In this document: piece by piece, positions 23,701-38,588 of the stretch
Layout: each line of letters begins with the position of its first letter
Numbering within the stretch: the stretch's first letter is position 1
The notes under the pieces: model-generated
What the model saw: only the letters and a program-made list of their open reading frames with translations
Told to the model about the DNA's origin: nothing
Database searches by the model: none
Position numbers and translations under genes: made by a program
Origin: Blastocystis sp. Blastoise
Lineage: Eukaryota; Protista; Bigyra: Opalinata
Assembly (NCBI GenBank): GCA_039096225.1
Contig: JBBPEB010000020.1
Location: 248,001-312,000 of the forward strand
Length of the DNA: 64,000 nucleotides
Reading direction: 5' to 3'

Positions 23701-26700
23701 ATGAAAAATAATCAAGTATTAAACGAAAATCAAAATGATTTTAATCAACACAATTCGTTATTAAATAACAATAATTCTTTAAATAATGAAGAAATAGTAA
23801 CTGAACAACACCCAATACAACTAAACAATATAGAAACTATATCTTCTTCTTCTTCTATTCCAAGTGTTACTTCAACTCAAAGTAATAATAATAATCTAAT
23901 TGAAGCATCAATTAATGAAACAAATTTTATTGAATCAGATTTAAATAATAATACAAATTTAAATAATGGAATTATATATGAAACTTTAATAAATGAAACA
24001 GATTTTATTGAAACTGACATAAATAATAATGAAAATATATCTCAATCAATAGTTGATGATAGTTTTAATTCCACTTTTGTTTTTGAAAATAATGAAACAA
24101 ATAATAATACACAACCTACTATATTAAATAATCCTATAACTCCTTTACATAATCAACACAATAATGATATACTTTCAGATAATAATAATAGTATCAATAA
24201 TAATCATATTCCATCTATACATAATACACCAAATTCTAATACAAATAATCAAATAGTATCTCCTTCTACTTCTCTCATTATAACACCTCCTAGATTATCT
24301 CCTCTTGATTCAAGAATAATTAATTCTTCTTCTTCTTCTCATAATAGTAATAATAATTCTATTATTCCTCCTTTACCCAGATCATCAATATTAGATATAT
24401 TAAATTATTATCAAATATCTCCTATTCAAAATCCTAATAATAATAATCTATTATCAACAAATATAAATAATCATAGAAGAAGAATTAGTTTTGATTCTTC
24501 TACTTCAGATGATGATACAAGTTCAGATAGTGATTTCACACCTATTATTCCTCCTAATACTACTAATAATCCTATTTTGCAAATAGAACCAATAAACTCT
24601 ACAAATAATAACGATATAGATATAGATAATCAAAATGAAAATAATAATGAAGAAAATAATAATGAAGAAAATAATAACAATATTCCTATTGTAATAAGAT
24701 TTGAAAACTGTGAAGCATGTATTAAATTAAGTATGTTTAATATTATATCATTATATTATTATAATTCTTTATGATAATAAAACTATTATTATATTATGTA
24801 TAGGAAATGGAGAACAAATAATAGAAGAGAATGAAAGAGATATTCATAGAAATAATAAATATGAATATTATAATATAGGTAAAATGAATCATGTTTGTAT
24901 TCATTATGAAGCTCTTCATTTTGAAGCTGAAAGAACAAATTATAAAATACCAAAATATAGAAAAAATACTAATACGAATATTACATATTATAACAATGAT
25001 AATAATTATATAATTCAAAATAATTGTTTATTTACAATGTGTTGTAATAATGGGAAAGTGAAAGTAGAATCACCTATAAATCTTTCAAATGAATTATTAA
25101 ATCAATTAAAGAGTCAGACACCAAATAATAAATTATTTAGAAATGAGATAAGAAGATATAATAATGCTTTTGCTTTTGCTTCTATGTCATGTTCTAATGT
25201 AGTAACAAGAATGAATGGTCCAGGACCATATTTTTATAGAGTTCATGGTAATGTATATCATTCTATGAGTGATTTATATCCTTCTGATAATTCTCCTCCT
25301 TCTTTTAATCAAATATATATTTATGATGAAGAAGAAGCTCTTCATATTCGAAATGGAAATAGTATGTTTTCAGAATTATCTTCTGATTTATTATTAAGTA
25401 TTGATTCTATGATAAGAAATAATAATAAAATATATGAATCTTTTAAAACATTACATGAACAAGTAACAGAATCAAGAAGAATAAATAATACTACTTATTC
25501 ACAAGTAAATTTAAAATTACAATTTAAAATAAGTAATTATGATGATAGAAGAAGATTTAATGCTCCTACTACAACAAATGAAATAGCTATGATTATACCA
25601 AAACAAAATGATGAAGGTTTACCAAATATTAATCTTTCATGTTATCCAAGAAGAAGAAGAAGAAATGGAAATGAAAATGAAAATGAAAATGAAAATATAT
25701 CAGAACAACAAAAAACAAATCTTAGTTATAATAATCCATTTTGTGATCCATTAATATATCCATTAATGTTTCCTTATGGATTACCATTATGGAGTTTAGA
25801 ATCTACTTCTAATATTATACATAATTCTGAATTACATTTAAATCGTCAAAATAATAATAATAATAATAGAAATATTTCTACAAGAACAACAACTAATAAT
25901 AATAATAATGAGAATGAAATAATAGAAGAAGTAGAAAATGAATTAAATAATAGAAATAATTATAGAATAAATAATAATCATACAGAGAATAATGATAGTA
26001 ATGAAGATGATTCAAGATCGATGAGAATTATTCCAATTTTTAGAAATAGATCAGAAAGAGGATTTCCATTAGATATTTTAGGAAATGAATTTTATACTAT
26101 ACCTACTATTTCATTAAGAGAATTTTATTCTTATTTATTATATACAAGACATCCTAATCATAAGAATTATTTATTATTATTTGAAAAATTATTATTACAA
26201 TTTATGGTTGATGCAGCTACAAAAATAGAATATTCAAGATTATTATTTATAGCAAATAATCAAACAAAATTAAGATCAGAGAAATATTCTGTATTTAGAG
26301 ATACAGTGAATGAGATGATAAGAAATGGATTTAGTGATGAATATATAAGAAGTAGAATTGGAAAAGCAGTTATTATTCCATCAAGTTTTGTAGGTGGTCC
26401 TCGATATATGAAAAATTCCTATTTAGAAACAATGGCTATTGTAAGAGCTTATGGTAAACCAGATTTATTTATAACCATGACTTGCAATCCAAATTGACCA
26501 GAAATCTTAGAATCATTAGAAGAAGGTCAACAACCTTGGATGAGACCTGATATAGTAGATAGAGTATTTTATATAAAATTGAAAATCTTAACTCATTTGA
26601 TAACAAATTTTAAAGTATTTGGAGAAGTAAAATGTTTATGTTATTCAATAGAATATCAGAAGAGAGGAATGCCTCATGCACATATTTTAATTACTTTAGA

Positions 26701-29623
26701 GAATGAATATAAATTAAGAACTCCTGAAGATATAGATTCATATATATGTGCAGAAATTCCTGATCCTATAAAGAATCCAAGATTATATGAAATTATTACT
26801 TCAATGAATATGCATGGTCCTCATACAAGAACATCTCAATGTATGAAAGAAATAAATGGTCAACAATATTGTTCAAAGAAATTTCCAAAAGAATATAGAA
26901 ATGAAACTACAATAAATGAAGATGGATATCCAAATTATAGAAGAAGAGATAATGGTAGAGTATATGTAATAGGTAGGCAATCAAATGTAAATAATACTTT
27001 AGATAATAGATGGGTAGTTCCATATAATCCATATTTATCATTAAGAATAGGTTGTCATATTAATGTAGAAGTATGTTCTTCAGTAAGAAGTCCTAAATAT
27101 ATATTTAAATATGCTTTTAAAGGACATGATTCTATTAATGCAGAAATAGAAAGAGAAGATAATACTAATAATAATACTACTAATAATAATTCAAATCCAA
27201 ATAGAAATGAAATAGAAATACCAAATGAAATGAAATCTTATTTAAAAGGAAAATATTTATCAGCTCCTGAAGCAATGTGGAGAATATATGGCTTTCCAAT
27301 AAAATATTGTAATGTGAGTGTAATTACTTTAGATATTCATGATGAGAATGATAGAACTGTATATTATGTAGAAGGAGATGAAGAAAGAGCTTTAGATAGA
27401 ATAATGAATCAAGATACAATGTTAACAGCATATTTTAAAATGAATGATTTATATATAAATGAAGAATCAATAGGAACAATGGATGAACCCTCTATTTTAA
27501 CTTATATAGAATTTCCTAAATATTATACATATGATTCAAAATTAAAGAAATGGAATCATAGAAGAAGAAATAATAAAGTAATAGGAAGACTTCCTTATAT
27601 AGATCCTACAAATGATAATTTATTTTGTTTAAGAATACTTTTATTACATGTAAGTCGTCCATTAAGTTTTAGTGATTTAAAATGTTATGAAGGTCAAATA
27701 TATAATACATATAGAGAATCCTGTATAGCAAGAGGATTATTAGTAGATGATACAGAATATTATGATATTCTTGCAAATGAAGTAATAGATGCTACTCCTT
27801 GGCAATTAAGACAATTATTTGGTTTACTTTGTTCTTATTATCCTATTACTGATCCATTATCTATTTGGAATACTTATAGGAATGATATGATAGATGATTT
27901 CTTTCATCAATATATAAATGAATATATAAGTATAGATAGACAAGATATATATGTATTAGATTCAGAAGATAATGAAGTGAATAGAATAATAGAAGAATAT
28001 TGTATACCTAGAGCATTAAATCATATAAGAAGTGTCATAGATACAAATAAACATAATGGAGGATATCAAAGTACTAATTTACCACAATTTGATAATAATA
28101 CTAATATGATAGATTATGAATCTGAAGGAATTAATTTTGAAGAAGATCATAGAATAGCAGAAAGAAATATAAGTTTATTGAATGAAGGACAAAGAAGAGT
28201 ATATGAATCAATAATGGAATCAGTGAATAATAATGAACCTCATAGAAATAATATGTTTTTTATAGATGGACCAGGAGGAACTGGAAAAACATTTCTTTAT
28301 AATACAATAATTAAATCAATAAGAAATAATATAGATGATGTGATAGCAGTTGCATGGACAGGTATTGCAGCTACTTTATTATGTGGAGGAAAAACATCTC
28401 ATTCACAATTTGGATTACCTTTTGAATTAAATGAATCTTCTTCTTCTTCTATTTCAAGAGGATCTCCAAGAGCAGAACAAATTAAGAAATGTAAAATAAT
28501 AATATGGGATGAAGCTCCTATGGCTTCTAAATATGCTTTAAAAGTAGTTGATCGATTATTAAGATTCTTATATAATGATGAGATAGATATTCCATTTGCA
28601 GGTAAAACAATAGTATTAGGTGGAGATTTTAGACAATGTTTACCAGTAGTAGCTCATGGAAAAGAAGCTGATATAGTTCCTTTATGTATTAAATATTTAG
28701 ATATTTTGAATGAATTTAATCAATTTCAATTGACAGAAAATATGAGAGCAAATGCAAATGAAATAGAATTTAAAGAATTCTTATTGAAGATAGGAAATGG
28801 TGAGAGATGTAATAATGAATTAAGATTATTATCAAAAGATAAAGTACATATTCCAAGAGAATGTATTTGTGATGAGAATATAGGTGAAGAGATATTTCAT
28901 GAATTTATTAATGATTCAAATACAGATATATATAGACAGAAATTAGCTTCAAATTGTATATTATGTGCAACAAATGAACAAGCATTTTTAATTAATGAAA
29001 GAATTCAAAATATGATAAGATCAAGTTCTCATCATTATTATAGTCATGATGAATTAGCAGAAGAAGTAGAAGATATAGATGAAAGAGATGCTTATAGTAC
29101 AGAATATTTAAATAGTTTAATTCCTCAAGGATGTCCACCTCATGATTTAGAATTGAAAAGAGGTTCAGTTATTATGTTATTAAGAAATCTAGATATAAAG
29201 AGAGGATTATGTAATGGAACGAGATTAGTAGTATTAGATACAAAACCAAATGTAATAAGAAGTCAATTATTAGTAAGAACTGATAATATGTTAGAAGGAC
29301 AAGATATAGTATTGATTCCAAGAATTAAATTTATAGTAGATGATAGTGATTTACCATGTAAGTTAAGTAGAAAACAATTTCCTGTCAGATTAGCTTTTGC
29401 TATGACTATTAATAAATCACAAGGTCAAACATTTCAAAATGTAGGTATTTATTTAGAAAGACCTGTATTTAGTCATGGTCAATTATATGTTGCTTTAAGT
29501 AGAGTACGTTCTTTTCATGGTATAAAAATGTTTATAAAGAATGATAATATTAATCAAGGTCAATTAATCAGAAATAGTAATGAATGGTTTACGAAAAATT
29601 GTGTATTTAATGGAGTATTATAA
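23701..29623 (+). pseudogene. Helitron RepHel (Zn finger, HUH Y2 Rep, PIF1 helicase) with one in-frame TGA
   Basis: Intron 24731-24803 joins the ORFs. Motifs: TCNPN*PEI (normally W), EYQKRGMPHAH, KYIFKY, GPGGTGKT, IIWDE, GDFRQ, TINKSQGQT, HGQLYVALSR. Confidence 0.95.
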
Positions 29624-29900
29624 TTTATTTTTGTTGTTGTATTTTGTTATATGTTTTTTTCGATTTTCTAATTTTTCTTATTTTTCTTATTGTTTATGAA
29701 TACTTTTTGTTAATTTTCAATTTTAAATTGTATATTTGTTTATTTTTATTTGTTAATAATTAATTCTTAAAATTTATATTGTTTAGTTTATAATTCTTTA
29801 TCATTATAAAAAAAAATAAATAAATAACAAAGAACAAGAAATAATTGACTGAAATAGACTTAATAGATACATAGCATCGGCGAAGCCGATGCCACCCGCT

Positions 29901-29931
<31 letters not shown>

Positions 29932-29935
29932 GCTA

Positions 29936-31230
29936 TACCTGGTTGATGAGTTGTTGAAGGAGGAGGAGAGAGAGATAACGAAGAGAAGATACAGATGATA
30001 GGACACAAGGGTAGACAGAGTCAGAAATAGAGTTATATACTGAAGATAAACTGGAGTTCTGCTCATCTATTAACTTCAAGAATATTATTTTGTAAGAGGT
30101 GCCATTTTGGTAAGACATCTGGTAATTCCCGCGGTTATCTCTTTTAATGTTGCTAGATAGAGAGGAGGTGAGGTAAGAGGAGAGACATAAGGAAGAAGGA
30201 GGAAATATATGGCGGGATAGAGATTGGCGGGAGAAATAATGTGGGGAGGAATAGAGAGAGAATAACTAGAATTACATCTATATATATATATATAAAATAT
30301 ATATATATAAATTTGGAAAGGATAATACATAAGAAGTGCTCCAACAACCGTGACGCACCTCTGTTTGGTGGGAAATTGGGAGTTGAGAACTATGGCTGTT
30401 ATCTCTATATTATATATATATAATATAATATAATATATAATATAATATATATATAATATAAATACTAGTTCCTTTAGGTATACATAATGGTTGTATATAG
30501 GCCTGGAGAAGTGTCCAGAGAGGCTTTGGAGATAAATTAAGGGTTGAGATCTATATATATATATATATAACTATATATATATATATATACAATAGTGACT
30601 AGTGTAGAGACAGTTTTATCGATTAGTTTGATTTGAGGGCACGTGCCTATAATAGAATAGAGAGAAGAGCAGATCGAGGAACAAAGGGAACTTGACCATT
30701 CCTTTTTAACTAACTATATATATATAATATCATAAACAATATACACTTCATAGATTCATATATAAATACTATACTATTCTATATATATATATATATACCT
30801 TTTGTATAATATCTAGAAGAACGTTTCGGATATTCTCTTGTTCCGCGGGGGAGACACCGATATCGTTGGTGAGATAGGAATGAAGGAGGGGGAGAGAAGG
30901 AAGAAGAGAAGAAGGAGAAGAAGGAGTAACTACTACTAATAATAATAAGCAATAACACTATATATTTAAGATGATAGAAGAATTATTACTATTAATATAT
31001 ATAATACTAATTGTATTCCTTGTTCCTGTTTGTCTTCTATATCAAGAATACATGATACCCCAGTCCCCGCAACGTATGTCACTATTTTTCCCAATGAGAT
31101 TTTCAAATCTTGATTTTGTTCACAACACAATTTAAGAATTCTGGAGAACTGGTTGAATCGTGCCTCTAGAGTATTCTTAGGATAAATAATGTGTAAATAT
31201 TTTCCTAATAACGTGACCAACTATATAAAG

Positions 31231-31304
<74 letters not shown>

Positions 31305-31343
31305 TATATAGAAATATATAGTAGATATATAGAGAGATAGAAA

Positions 31344-31375
<32 letters not shown>

Positions 31376-31399
31376 GAGAGTAGATATATAGAGAGATAG

Positions 31400-31438
<39 letters not shown>

Positions 31439-32432
31439 CAGGTTGCTCAGAAGAGTGACGCATACCTCATCAGTTTCTGTATATAAAAGAGATATACACA
31501 AGGAAAATACACTATCTTTGTGTTCCATTGTTTCACAATGGGTGAGGATTTCATTTAACATTTTGTAACTGACTTTTCGTACACTGACTCCATCATCGAA
31601 AATAGAAGATTGAACAATAGAAAGATAAAGAGATATATATTTAAGATCCTTCTTAGAGCATGTGTAGAGCACATGAAGCGTTTTCTCTCAAATCATAATA
31701 GATCGACTTTTCATTCCTTTGCACAGAATATCCAGCACAGGTTTATATCGAATAACCTGAGGATTATACTCAATAATCGTGGTTATAGCTGTATAAATGG
31801 CAGCTTGTGTTCGAATCCCGTGGGACTGTGAACATTCGACGAGTTTATTAAGATAGAGAGGGAGTGATGTGAATAGAGGAGAAAGAGAGAGAATAGAGAG
31901 AGTGAGAGAAGACAAGGAAGGAAGAGAGTGAAGAGGCATCTATATATATATATATATATATATGAATGAAGATTTCCATAAAGATATATATAATTTACTT
32001 TATGTTTCTTAAATAACCGCGGGACTAGTTCTTGTTTCTTAACCCATATATCTTTTGAGAGAGCCATGTGTATATATAGAACTAGAAATAATAAACATAT
32101 AATTAATATATATATATATATATATATACTTGTCAAGCATGATAAAACGTATTAAATTGATATAACGAAATATCATTATTTTCTTCATTCCCATGGAGAT
32201 TATTCATATTTAAATAAGGAAGAGTAGAATTATCAAGGGAATTCGATGATTGTGGTTGTTGGGAATTCTTAGAACTTGAAAGTAATAGAAAAGTCACGTG
32301 ATTGAGGAGAAGCTGTTTCTGGTCATGTGATGGAGGAATATCTATATATTATTATTATTATTATTTATGAATATATATATATACCTCCCTGTTGGTTATC
32401 CGATTGATTCCATTCCACACGCTGATTCTCCA

Positions 32433-32514
<82 letters not shown>

Positions 32515-32845
32515 ATATATATATACTTGTAGAGCCATCTTACAATTTTCGCAGTGCCATGGTGTATCTCGAATGGACGAGTACGTGTACAGAGAGAGAT
32601 CTAAACCGACGCACACACAGTGAAACCAACGATGACAAAGGTCACAATCTAACATACTACCTGTATATACATATATATAGATATGTATATATATATATAT
32701 ATATACTTCCTTCAGTTCTCCCTTCCCACAAGTACAACCTATTACTTCATCATCAGCCCAGGGGGTTCCTTGAGGATTATATTTATCATTTTCCCACGGT
32801 ATTAAGAAAGGATGATCTTGTATCAATCGGGTATTATGCTATATA

Positions 32846-32904
<59 letters not shown>

Positions 32905-33915
32905 GTAAACGAATAATAACTTGTGTAAGTACTCCAATAAAACCTTGAATAACCGCGGGTGAAGTGATTTTGTATTTGAAGTATTCTCTTGATTATTCTG
33001 TTTATTATTCCCGCGATTATTCTGGTTGTAAGAGAGAAGAAGGATAAGAAGGAGATTGGCGATTTGATGGAGACCAAAGGAACAGACAGGTCATTTGGGG
33101 ATTACTATATATATATATGTATATATATTATTATATATACTCTAGAAGGAAGAGAAGATCATGAACAGGGATACGAAGGAAAAGAATATAAGGATCGAAC
33201 TATATATATATAATATATATAATATATATATATACCGAAAGATGTGTGGAATCCTTAGTTTTTGTCTATATAATAATATATATATATAAATAATATAAAA
33301 CAATAATATATATATATATATATATATTACATAGAGAATAGTGCCTTGAATAGCTTGTACAAGGAACACAGTTAACGGATGGAGTTGTATTTTGATTCTT
33401 GTAACTGACGTGTTTCTACAAGAGACGCCAAATCCACGATTCCCGTGATTATTTGTTGTTGTAAGTCCTCACACCTCCAATATATAATCTATATATAATA
33501 TGTAAATAATATATATATAATATGTAAATAATATATATACAATATAGATAATATATATATATAGATTATAAAAAAAATATAATTAATATACGAGTAGGTT
33601 ATTGATTAAATTTGTATATAGTGCGTCATTAGAATAGAGGAATGAAGATATATATAGAGTAGAGAGGATAGAATAGAGAGAGGAAGGGAGAGAAGTATGA
33701 AGTAGAAGATAAATGAAGAGAGAGAGAGTGAAGATCGAAGAGAAGACATATAGCTACATATCCAGGAGGGCAAACATTCCTATATGTATATGTATAAATA
33801 ATGACATAACAAATATATAAGAATAAAAGTAATATATATAAATTATATAAGAATGAAATACTAAATTTAAATTATCTCCTTCAATCATCATCTGAAGAAG
33901 TTCTTCATCATATAT
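29936..33915 (-). pseudogene. Fragment of an SCC2/NIPBL-like cohesin loader with a PHD finger
   Basis: PHD CTC...[12 protein letters not shown]...WHCENC; HEAT segments IRTQAAIYTAITTIIEYNP...SIMI*EK and [17 protein letters not shown] resemble NIPBL; many (TA)n introns; in-frame TGA at 31688. Confidence 0.55.
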
Positions 33916-33926
33916 TCTATATATAT

Positions 33927-34155
<229 letters not shown>

Positions 34156-34299
34156 ATCTATATGGACTTACTATTTTTATTTGGAAAGCACGAAACTAAA
34201 ATCAGGATTCATAAATGGTGACACGAAAACCATCATTCTATATAATATATAATTTAATAAGAATAAAATATAAAGATATATATAATAAACAAATAATAA

Positions 34300-35659
34300 A
34301 TAAATATTTTAATATAGGAAAACGAAAAAATGCAAAAAGAGATAATGCAAAAGAAAAAATTTATATACTATATTTACATACCTTTAACAGTGTTTTGAGT
34401 TGCTGTCTGAAAGAAGCCAGAGAAGTATAAACAAGGAACCTAAAAGAAATTAAAAATAAGCAAATGTAATAAAATACCTTTTAAGAACTGAACCAACGAG
34501 TACACATCATAGAACCTTTTGGGATAGACACAAAAGACTGGCTGACGGGAAGAGAAAACCCAGAATCGAAAACCTAAAAGAATTATGAAAAATATTTTGA
34601 TATATTCTATAACTAAATACTGAAATAGCATAACACTGCTTAGAATGACCTGCAATCCTTATAATATAGTCTATTTATTCTTATAGACAACAAATTAAAA
34701 ATAAGGATAAATTCATATTTAAAGTCAATTTTTTAGTCAAATACTAAAAATTTTCATAAATATTCATTTTTAATTTTTTTAAAATTTTTTATTACTCAGT
34801 ACTATAGTAACAAGTTTTAAACGTTATGTACTGAGCTATTGACACAACACTATTGTATCTGACTACTTTCAAGTTTTAGAAAATTACTCATTTTTGTTGA
34901 CTCTCTGATCTGTTGACTAACTCGTCTAAAAACTATTAATTTCTACATAAAACATTTGTATATTACATAATTAACACCGAAAACAACTTTTTAAAAGACT
35001 TTTATTTGATTCTGACGAAAAGTAGTTTTTTTAGAAGTTTTGACATACTGTTTGTATGCGGAACTTTAAGTCATGATAGAATAAAATAAAAAAAAGTCTT
35101 TTAAAACTCTTATGTCCTCTGATATATAATAAAATATAAATAGACTCAGTTTTGAACAAGAAAAATATTCCCGTAAATATTTTAAAAATGGAAAACTCTG
35201 GTCTGACTGCCCATGGAACAAATAGGCTCGGCTCAATTTTTCAGTGTAAAAAAAATATAAATTTTTGACTTTTTGGCTGAATTTTGGTTCTGAGTCATAG
35301 AGGTCAACTGATTGACTTTTAATTACATTTATGACTCTAAGAAGGTCTTCACTTTAAACACAACTATAAAATATTTTAAAATATTGACCCCATTATTTGT
35401 CGGAATTGCGACTTTAAAATAAATAAAAACGTTTTTGATATTGTGTGACCCTCTATATATAAAAAATAATGTCAGTTCTTTAATAAAATTTGTCTAACAG
35501 GGTCTTTGTGTCTAAATGAAAAGTCGACTTAAAAATTTTGTGAAAATTTTCATTTTTTTGCCTAAGTCTTTTTTTTATTCAAATTTTATTGGCTGAATAA
35601 GTTTTGAACGAAAATTAGCCAATCAAAAACCTTCAAAAAATCAAAAGTGCCTACCAGTG
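34300..35659 (-). mobile_element. End of a CACT-terminated DNA transposon with a small multi-exon gene
   Basis: The reverse complement starts CACTGGTAGG and is collinear with 62693-64000 (CACTATCAGG) over ~1.3 kb. Confidence 0.7.
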
Positions 35660-36256
35660 GAATTATTACAAAATGATTTTCAAACATTTTTTAATGAAAT
35701 GGAAAGTATTCATAATCAAACTTTTAATAATATGGAAGCAAAAACAGCCTCGATACAAAATCCTCTGAATTCACAAAATCATATTAATGATTCTTTTGAA
35801 ACAAACATGATAAATAATAGTGTTTCTCCATATACAAATCAACCTATTCCTATTGAACGGCAAGAAACAAATCTATCTTCTGATTCTTCTGAAATAGATA
35901 CTTTTATGGGAAAACTAGAAAAAACTATGGGGAAAAAATCCAAACCAAAAAATACTAAATTCGCTGAAGAAATGATGAATAATTTAGATGAATCATTTAA
36001 AAAATATAATGAAAATACTTTACTTAATCATAAAATTCTTCGTCCATCATTAAATAATAATGAACAAGTAAAACGAGTAGTAGTAAATTCTTCAGATAAT
36101 TCAGATTCTGTTGGTGAATTCCATAAATATGGAAAAAAATCTAAAAAAGATATGGAGAATCAAGTACAAAAGAAACCAATCATAAATAAAAAAAACAAAA
36201 ATGAATCTAAATCCATGATAAAACCACAAATAACTCAACATATCTTAAATAAATGA
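35660..36256 (+). pseudogene. 5'-truncated host-like hydrophilic coding fragment
   Basis: The open frame begins exactly at the transposon terminus CAGTG|GAATTA. Confidence 0.4.
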
Positions 36257-36469
36257 TATCAAATAACATCTTTGTACAAATATCTAAACTGATATAAAAT
36301 CATTAACCAATATATTTATTTATTAAAAAATATCTTTTAAACGTAAATCTTTTATTTATAAATTATTTATTATATTTTAATTGTTGTGTTTTTTTAAAAA
36401 TAAGTTTTTAAACTATAAACAAAACAATTTATTATTAAAAAAAAATTAAACAAAACAAAAAAAACAAAG

Positions 36470-36667
36470 TTAATAAAAACCTTTTTTTCTTTGTTGCTCA
36501 CGATAGTAAGCAAGAGCAGGAGACATTCTAGCTACTTTCTGATCTTTCAGAAAATTTAAGCTAGCAGGAACGGGTTCACTATATAAATAAATAAATAAAA
36601 AATAATAATAAACATACCCTATTGGTTTTGTTTCTAAAAATTTTTCGTCCTTTTCAGGAACTGGCAT
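36470..36667 (-). CDS. Tiny two-exon hypothetical protein (~53 aa)
   Basis: MPVPEKDEKFLETKPIG|EPVPASLNF...KKGFY*; short GT-AG intron; divergent from the 37118 gene across CCAAT boxes. Confidence 0.55.
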   Translation of the reverse strand: MPVPEKDEKFLETKPIGYVYYYFLFIYLYSEPVPASLNFLKDQKVARMSPALAYYREQQRKKGFY

Positions 36668-37117
36668 TCTTATAAAAAATAAATAAAAAATAAATAAAAA
36701 ATGACTTGAAAATATTAAAAATGTAAATAAAATAGAGAAACTCGTGTTTAATGACGAAATATATGACAAATATAAAGTATTTTAAATATCCAATCAAAAT
36801 AAAGTTCTAGAATTCTTAAACATGATCGAAAAGAGAAACTATTACTAATAAATCAATTGAAATTGGAGAACTTTGTTCTGGATGTGGTGATCGATCAATG
36901 ACAAACTTCATGACAAAGGTAGTATACAAAATTTTATCCAATAAAAATGTTTTGGAACAACAGAAGCTTTAAAAAAGTGGAAACTGAGCAAATGAACTTA
37001 TTCTTTTAGAATAAATTTTCTCATCTGACTTTTTTATAACCATTAATTTTTATAGCCATTCATTGAGTTTTACTTTTTTTATTTTTACATATTTATTTTA
37101 TTTTTTGAAAATTTAAA

Positions 37118-37913
37118 ATGCCTAGCCACTATCTTTCCCGTGGTAGAAGAGCTATTATGAATAGCTATAATCATTACAGTATGTTTTTATTTATTTTTAT
37201 GTTTTTTATTATATAGTTGCCCACCGATCTGAGGATCGTGCTGTCTCTGGTGCTGTTCCTGGTGCTGTTCCTGGTGCTGCTGCTGAATCTGTTGATTCAG
37301 TAACTTTTAAGTTACTGAATCATGATTCTTCTCTTGGGGAGGTGTCTGATCACTCGGGATCTATGTCACCACCACCTCTTGAGAGAATTGTTCCTTCGTC
37401 TTCAGATTCTGAAAAGACGCTGGAATCAGATTCAGATTCTTCTCTTGCTACTTTGGAGGTAATTGAACCCGATACCGGGAAAAAAAGTATTTATTTTATT
37501 TATATTATTTTTATTTTTTTATAGCGCCATTGTGTCCCGGTTCTCTTGGTCCGCGGGTTTTGGAAGAAACCGCCTTCTACGCTCCAAAAAGGACTAGAAG
37601 GGATGGATCTTCCTACCCAGAAAAAAATTTAAATAAAAATATTTCTTTTTCTCCTTCTATTTCTGTTTTTTCTTTTTCTCCTGTTTCTCCTTTTTATGTT
37701 CCTTGTTCTCCTCCTGTTTCTCCTTCTTTATCTTTATTTTCTCCTCGTTTTTCCCCTGTTTCTCCTTGTTCTCGCTCTTGTTCTATTAATGAAAAAATAC
37801 CGCCAATTCAATTACCTCTCGTGGTAATTGATATGCCGGTATCTGAGGGTTCAATCATAAAAGGAAATAAAAAGATTGAATATAAGTTACATCTGAAAAT
37901 TTCAGATTTATAA
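37118..37913 (+). CDS. Three-exon hypothetical Ser/Pro-rich protein
   Basis: Introns 37179-37216 and ~37488-37524 join the ORFs in frame; FSPVSP repeats. Confidence 0.65.
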
Positions 37914-38204
37914 TCAGTCTTTTCTTTTCTCTTTTCTTTTTCTTTATATATATAGATATATTTCTTTTTCTTTTATTATATATATTTATATATTGTTTTT
38001 ATTTTTTTTTGCCTAAGTTAATTTTTAAACTCATTTGTTTAGTTAAATATTTCAGACTAATACTTAAACTGCTGAATCTAAAGTATTAAATATTTATAAT
38101 ATTTTTATTTTTTTTTGACTTAGATTTTTTTTTTAATTTTTATTACAATAATTTTCTATACTGTCTTCATGCACCAATTTTTTTCGTTCATCCAATCAAA
38201 TGAT

Positions 38205-38588
38205 TCCGAACTGACTCTTTTTTTTTGCCAAAAATAAACTTTTGTATATATGGGGTTACTTACTTACTTATTCATTTTTTTTTTAAAGTAGTAAGTAAGT
38301 AAATAGAATATACAAAAAGTTAGAAAAGTAAAAATGGATGACAGAGGGTGCGTCATCACTGATTTAACCAATCAAATTGTTTAAAATAGTTATTTATGGG
38401 AAAAACATATTTTATAGTGTATTTTTCACTATTTCCTTGATTTTTCTATATGATAAGAATTAGTAATTCTTCGCACAAACCCACACAAATATGGGCAACA
38501 TCCCTATGCTAGCGAAGTTCTACGAACTTCGCAGTATAGGGATGTCGGCCATATCTTGGCCGCCTGGGTTTGTGCGAAGAATCTATTA
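38205..38588. repeat. Terminal module, divergent third copy, with hairpin 38466-38582
   Basis: Same order of elements: T-run CCAAA, GGGGTTA + mini inverted array, GATGAC/GTGCGTCATC, CCAATCAAA, then a long hairpin (ATTCTTCGCACAAACCCA / TGGGTTTGTGCGAAGAAT) followed by CTATTA. Confidence 0.7.

Larger units (their letters stand above)
14111..29902 (+). mobile_element. Large Helitron (~15.8 kb) with RepHel and cargo genes
   Basis: 5' end A|TCTATATAATAAAAG at 14111, matched by the reverse copy starting at 45001. 3' hairpin GCATCGGC-GAA-GCCGATGC then CTAG|T at 29899-29903. That these two ends belong to one element is inferred. Confidence 0.65.

Noticed and set aside
26495-26497. TGA = Trp genetic code
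   Set aside because: All other RepHel Trp codons are TGG despite extreme AT bias, another in-frame TGA replaces a likely Arg, and in-frame TAA lesions also occur. Point mutation is simpler.
34675-34684. Left end (TTATTCTTAT) of the cassette closed by the 38466 hairpin
   Set aside because: It lies inside a repeat whose homology with 62693-64000 continues on both sides; likely a chance AT-rich match.
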